Shown: piece by piece, positions 58,833 through 64,000 of the stretch
Layout of the letters: every line of letters begins with the position of its first letter
How positions within the stretch are numbered: position 1 is the stretch's first letter
DNA from: Eledone cirrhosa
Lineage: Eukaryota
Direction: 5' to 3'
NCBI GenBank assembly: GCA_964016885.1
Contig: OZ024763.1
Span: forward strand, 26,722,001-26,786,000
Length of the DNA: 64,000 nt
Translations under genes and position numbers: made by a program
Notes under the pieces: generated by a model
Seen by the model: only the letters and a program-made list of their open reading frames with translations
Told to the model about the DNA's origin: nothing
Databases searched by the model: none

Positions 58833-58929
58833 TAGCGACAACAGCGCCGTATTTCACAAGAGACTCACTAATTGTGTACTCAGTTGATCACAATAGATTT
58901 GGTAATGGAGCTGATGTCGCTAATGTTAC

Positions 58930-60020
58930 AGCAGCAGCACCACCACCACCACCACTACCACTACCACTTACACCACTACCACTTACACCACCACTTACAC
59001 CACCACTTACACCAACACCACTACCACTTATACTACCACCACTACCACTTACACCACTACCACTACCACTTACACCACTACCACCTCCACTACCACTTAC
59101 ACCTCCACTACCACTTACACCAACACCACTACCACTTATACTACCACCACTACCACTTATACTACCACCACCACCACTACCACTACCACCACCACTACCA
59201 CTTACACCACTACCACCTCCACTACCACTTACACCAACACCACTACCACTTATACTACCACCACCACCACTACCACTACCACCACCACTACCACTTACAC
59301 CACTACCACCTCCACTACCACTTACACCAACACCACTACCACTTATACTACCACCACCACCACTACCACCACCACTACCACTTACACCACTACCACCTCC
59401 ACTACCACTTACACCACCACCACTACCACTTACACTACCACCACCACCACTACCACTTACACCACCACCACTACCACTTACACCACTACCACCTCCACTA
59501 CCACTTATATTACCACCACTACCACTTATACTACCACCACCACCACCACTACCACCACCACTACCACCACCACTACCACTTACACCACTACCACCTCCAC
59601 TACCACTTACACCAATACCACTACCACTTATACTACCACCACTACCACTTACACCACCACCACTACTACTACCACTTACACCACTACCACCTCCACTACC
59701 ACTTACACCAACACCACTACCACTTATACTACCACCACTACCACTTACACCACCACCACTACCACTTACACCACTACCACTATCACTTCCACCACCTCCA
59801 CCACCACTACCACTTACACCATCACCATTACCACTTACACCAACACCACTACCACTTACACCACTACCACTACCACTACCACCACTTACACCATCACCAT
59901 TACCACTTACACCACCACTACCACTTACACTAACACCACTACCACTTACATCATCACCATTACCACTTACACCAACACCACTACCACTTACACTACCACC
60001 ACTACCACTACCACTTACAC
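58930..60020. repeat. CCACTACCACTTACA-type minisatellite
   Basis: Read directly. Confidence 0.95.
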
Positions 60021-61388
60021 CTCACCAACACCATCACACCACTGCACCACCACTACCACGTACACTACGCCAACACAACCACCACACCACTATACAAACA
60101 CCACCACCACACCAACAATACCACCACTACCACTTACACAACACCACACCACACCACTACCACTTACACCACACGAACTACACAGCAACAACACCAACAC
60201 CTCCACCAATACCACTTCCAACAAGACCAACACTACCACCACCTCCAGCTACACCTCACCACCACCACCTACACCACACCCCTCTCTTAATACCTCCACC
60301 ACTACTACCACACCAATACCACTTACACTACCACCACAACCACCTACATTATACCCCTCTTTTAATACCTCAACCACCACCACCACCACCACCACTACCA
60401 CCGTACTAATACCACCACCACTACTACCACCACCACTACCGTACTAATACCACCACCACTACTACCACCACCACTACCATTTCCACCGTTAACATTACCA
60501 CAATATCATACCATCACCACAACAACCACAACCACACCATAGCACCACCGTATTCATACCACAACTACTACCACTGCCACCATTAACATTATCTGCAACA
60601 CCACACCAACACCACCGCCGCCGCCACACTAAAACCACCACCACTACTATTTCGCCATTAATATTACCATATCATACCACCACCACCACCACCACCACCA
60701 CCACCACCACCACCACCACCACCACCACCACCAATACCAATTCCAATACCTCCAACACTACTAATATCACATCGTCACTAATACCACCACACCACCACCA
60801 CACCACCACCAGTACTACCACCACCACCACCACACCACCACCACACCACCACCACCACCACCACCACCAGTACTACCACCACTACTACTACCACTACCAC
60901 CACCACCACCGGCACCGCCGCCGCCGGCGCCACTGTCAAATCCGATTGGAAGGAAATATTGGATTGGCAGTGCTAATAAGTGGTAGTTGCGGTGGTAGTA
61001 GTAGTGGTGGCGGTTATGGTGGTGGTGGTGGTGGTGGTGGTAGTAATGGTGGCTGTGTGGTTGTTGGTGGTGGTGGTGGTGGTGGTGGTGGTGGTGGTGG
61101 TAGTAATGGTGGCTGTGTGGTTAGTGGCGGTAGTGGTGGTGGTGGTGTCGGTAGTGGTGGTCGGTGGTGGTGGTGTCGGTGGTAGTGGTGGTGATGGAGG
61201 TAGTGGTGGTGGTGGTGGTAGTAATGGTGGCAGTGTGGTTGGTGGCGGTGGTGGTGGTGGTGGTGGTGGTGTCGGTAGTGGTGGTGGTGGTGGTGGTGTC
61301 GGTAGTAGTGGTGGTGATGTCGGTAGTAGTGGTGGTGGTAGTGGTAGTGGTGGCTGGCTGTGTTATATAGTGAGAGAGGAAGATCGGT

Positions 61389-61421
<33 letters not shown>

Positions 61422-61522
61422 CAGTGATTTATACGGGGTGGGAGGGGTAAAGAGGTTATGAAAAAGAGAAAAAGAGTGCATATATATATTGTATATAAAT
61501 GTATGTATGTATATGTATGAAC

Positions 61523-61555
<33 letters not shown>

Positions 61556-61576
61556 CACATACACATGTACAGTATA

Positions 61577-61618
<42 letters not shown>

Positions 61619-61633
61619 CACATGTACAGTATA

Positions 61634-61737
<104 letters not shown>

Positions 61738-61758
61738 CACATACACATGTACAGTATA

Positions 61759-61822
<64 letters not shown>

Positions 61823-62004
61823 CACATGTACAGTATATATATGTGTATATATATATATATATGTGTGTGTGTGTATATTCAATGTAGAAAAAGCATTTTA
61901 ATGGAAATAAGACGGCTTGCGAAATCTTCATATCCCCCCACCCTCATATATATATATATATATATATGTTTATAGATATATATATGAATATAGATATATG
62001 TATA

Positions 62005-62064
<60 letters not shown>

Positions 62065-62098
62065 TATATATATATGAATATAGATATATGTATATATA

Positions 62099-62193
<95 letters not shown>

Positions 62194-62255
62194 TATATAT
62201 ATACATATATCTAATATATATATATTAAATATATGTATATATATATGTGTGTGTG

Positions 62256-62297
<42 letters not shown>

Positions 62298-62411
62298 CAC
62301 ACACATATATATGTACATATATCTAATATATATATATATATATTATATGTATATGTATATGCATATATATATGTATATATGTATAATACAATATGTATAT
62401 ATGTATAATAT

Positions 62412-62447
<36 letters not shown>

Positions 62448-62474
62448 AAGATAAAGGATTAGAGAACGAAAAGC

Positions 62475-62505
<31 letters not shown>

Positions 62506-62506
62506 T

Positions 62507-62582
<76 letters not shown>

Positions 62583-62624
62583 GTAACGTTAATAACATTA
62601 TATCTGCATAAATTTTAATGGTTC

Positions 62625-63845
62625 ATGGTGGAGTGATGGTGGTGGTGATGGTGGTGATATTTTATTGATGGTGGTGGTGTTAATAGTGGAGGTGGTGTTG
62701 GTGATGGTATTTTATTAATGTTGGTGGTGGTGGTGGTGGTGGTGGTGGTATTGATATTTTGTTAGTGGTGGTGGTGGATGTGGTGGTGGTGGTGGTATTT
62801 TATTAATGTTGGTGGTGGTGGATGTGGTGGTGGTGGTGGTATTTTATTAATGGCAGTGGTGTTGGTGGTGGATGTGGTGGTGGTGATGGTGGATGTGGTG
62901 TTGGTGGTGATGGTATTTTATTAATGGTAGTGGTGTTGGTGGTGGATGTGGTGGTGGTGATGGTGGGTGTGGTGTTGGTGGTGATGGTATTTTATTAATG
63001 GCAGTGGTGTTGGTGGTGGATGTGGTGGTGGTGATGGTGGATGTGGTGTTGGTGGTGATGGTATTTTATTAATGGTAGTGGTGTTGGTGGTGGATGTGGT
63101 GGTGGTGATGGTGGATGTGGTGTTGGTGGTGATGGTATTTTATTAATGGTAGTGGTAGTTGTACACGTGGTACATACAATGTGGTGTCGATGTCGTAATT
63201 AGTGGTGGTGGTGGTGGTGGTGGTGTCGATATCGTAATTAGTGGTGGTGGTGGTGGTGTCGATATCGTAATTAGTGGTGGTGGTGGTGGTGGCATTTTAT
63301 TAATTGTAGTGGTAGTGGTGGTGGTCATAGTGGTATTTTATTAATAGTGGTGGTGATGGTGGTGGTGGTGATCATGGTGGTATTTTATTAATAGTGGTGG
63401 TGGTGGTGGTGGTGGTCATGGTGGTATTTTATTAATAGTGGTGGTGGTGGTGGTGGTCATGGTGGTATTTTATTAATAGTGGTGGTGGTGGTGGTGGTCA
63501 TGGTGGTATTTTATTAATAGTGGTGGTGGTGGTGGTGGTCATGGTGGTATTTTATTAATAGTGGTGGTGGTGGTGGTGGTGGTCATGGTGGTATTTTATT
63601 AATAGTGGTGGTGGTGGTGGTGGTCATGGTGGTATTTTATTAATAGTGGTGGTGGTGGTGGTGGTCATGGTGGTATTTTATTAATAGTGGTGGTGGTGGT
63701 GGTGGTGGTCATGGTGGTATTTTATTAATAGTGGTGGTGGTGGTGGTGGTGGTCATGGTGGTGGTCATGGTGGTATTTTATTAATGGTGGTGGTGGTGGT
63801 GACGGTAGTTGTGTTAGTGGTGGTGATGATATTTTATTAATGGTG
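62625..63845. repeat. (GGT)n minisatellite punctuated by GGTATTTTATTAAT
   Basis: Read directly; most homogeneous at 63330-63790. Confidence 0.95.
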
Positions 63846-64000
63846 TTGGTGGTTGTATAGGTGGTACATATAATGTGGTGTCGATATCGTAATTAGTGGT
63901 GGTGGTGGCGGTAGTGGTGATTGTGATGGTATTGATATTTTATCGGTGGTGGTGGTGGTGGTGGTGGTGGTTGTGGTGGTTGTGGTGGTGGTGTTGGTGG

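Noticed and set aside
57015-60409. Mucin-like poly-Thr and Pro/Leu- or His-rich ORFs
   Set aside because: Trinucleotide-based repeats open in several frames, with no unique domain.

Overview
AT-rich, microsatellite-saturated animal genomic DNA. The SINE repertoire and the (TA)n/(CA)n/(GA)n/(GGT)n density suggest an octopus or other coleoid cephalopod (inference). No intact host protein-coding gene is supported: nearly all listed ORFs are translations of simple or tandem repeats, and the only protein-like segments are dead retrotransposon pieces (RTE-like at 4.2-5.0 kb, 43.1-44.4 kb and 53.8-54.1 kb; L1/Tx1-like at 12.5 kb and 40.4-41.6 kb). The window also holds about ten tRNA-derived SINEs, Helitron-like elements, and Tc1/mariner-type and piggyBac-type MITEs. 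Main signal: several unrelated short element families sit inside (TA)n tracts as head-to-head inverted pairs. Their arms carry minimal type-I hammerhead ribozyme motifs (CTGANGA..GAAA-palindrome-UH) that point outward, and one arm is often longer by a fixed tail. This looks like a (TA)n-targeted, Penelope-like retroelement system; one ~200-bp hairpin family occurs about 12 times. Second signal: a 4.6-kb array of a 45-bp unit has grown inside a single SINE copy whose head and tail are intact.
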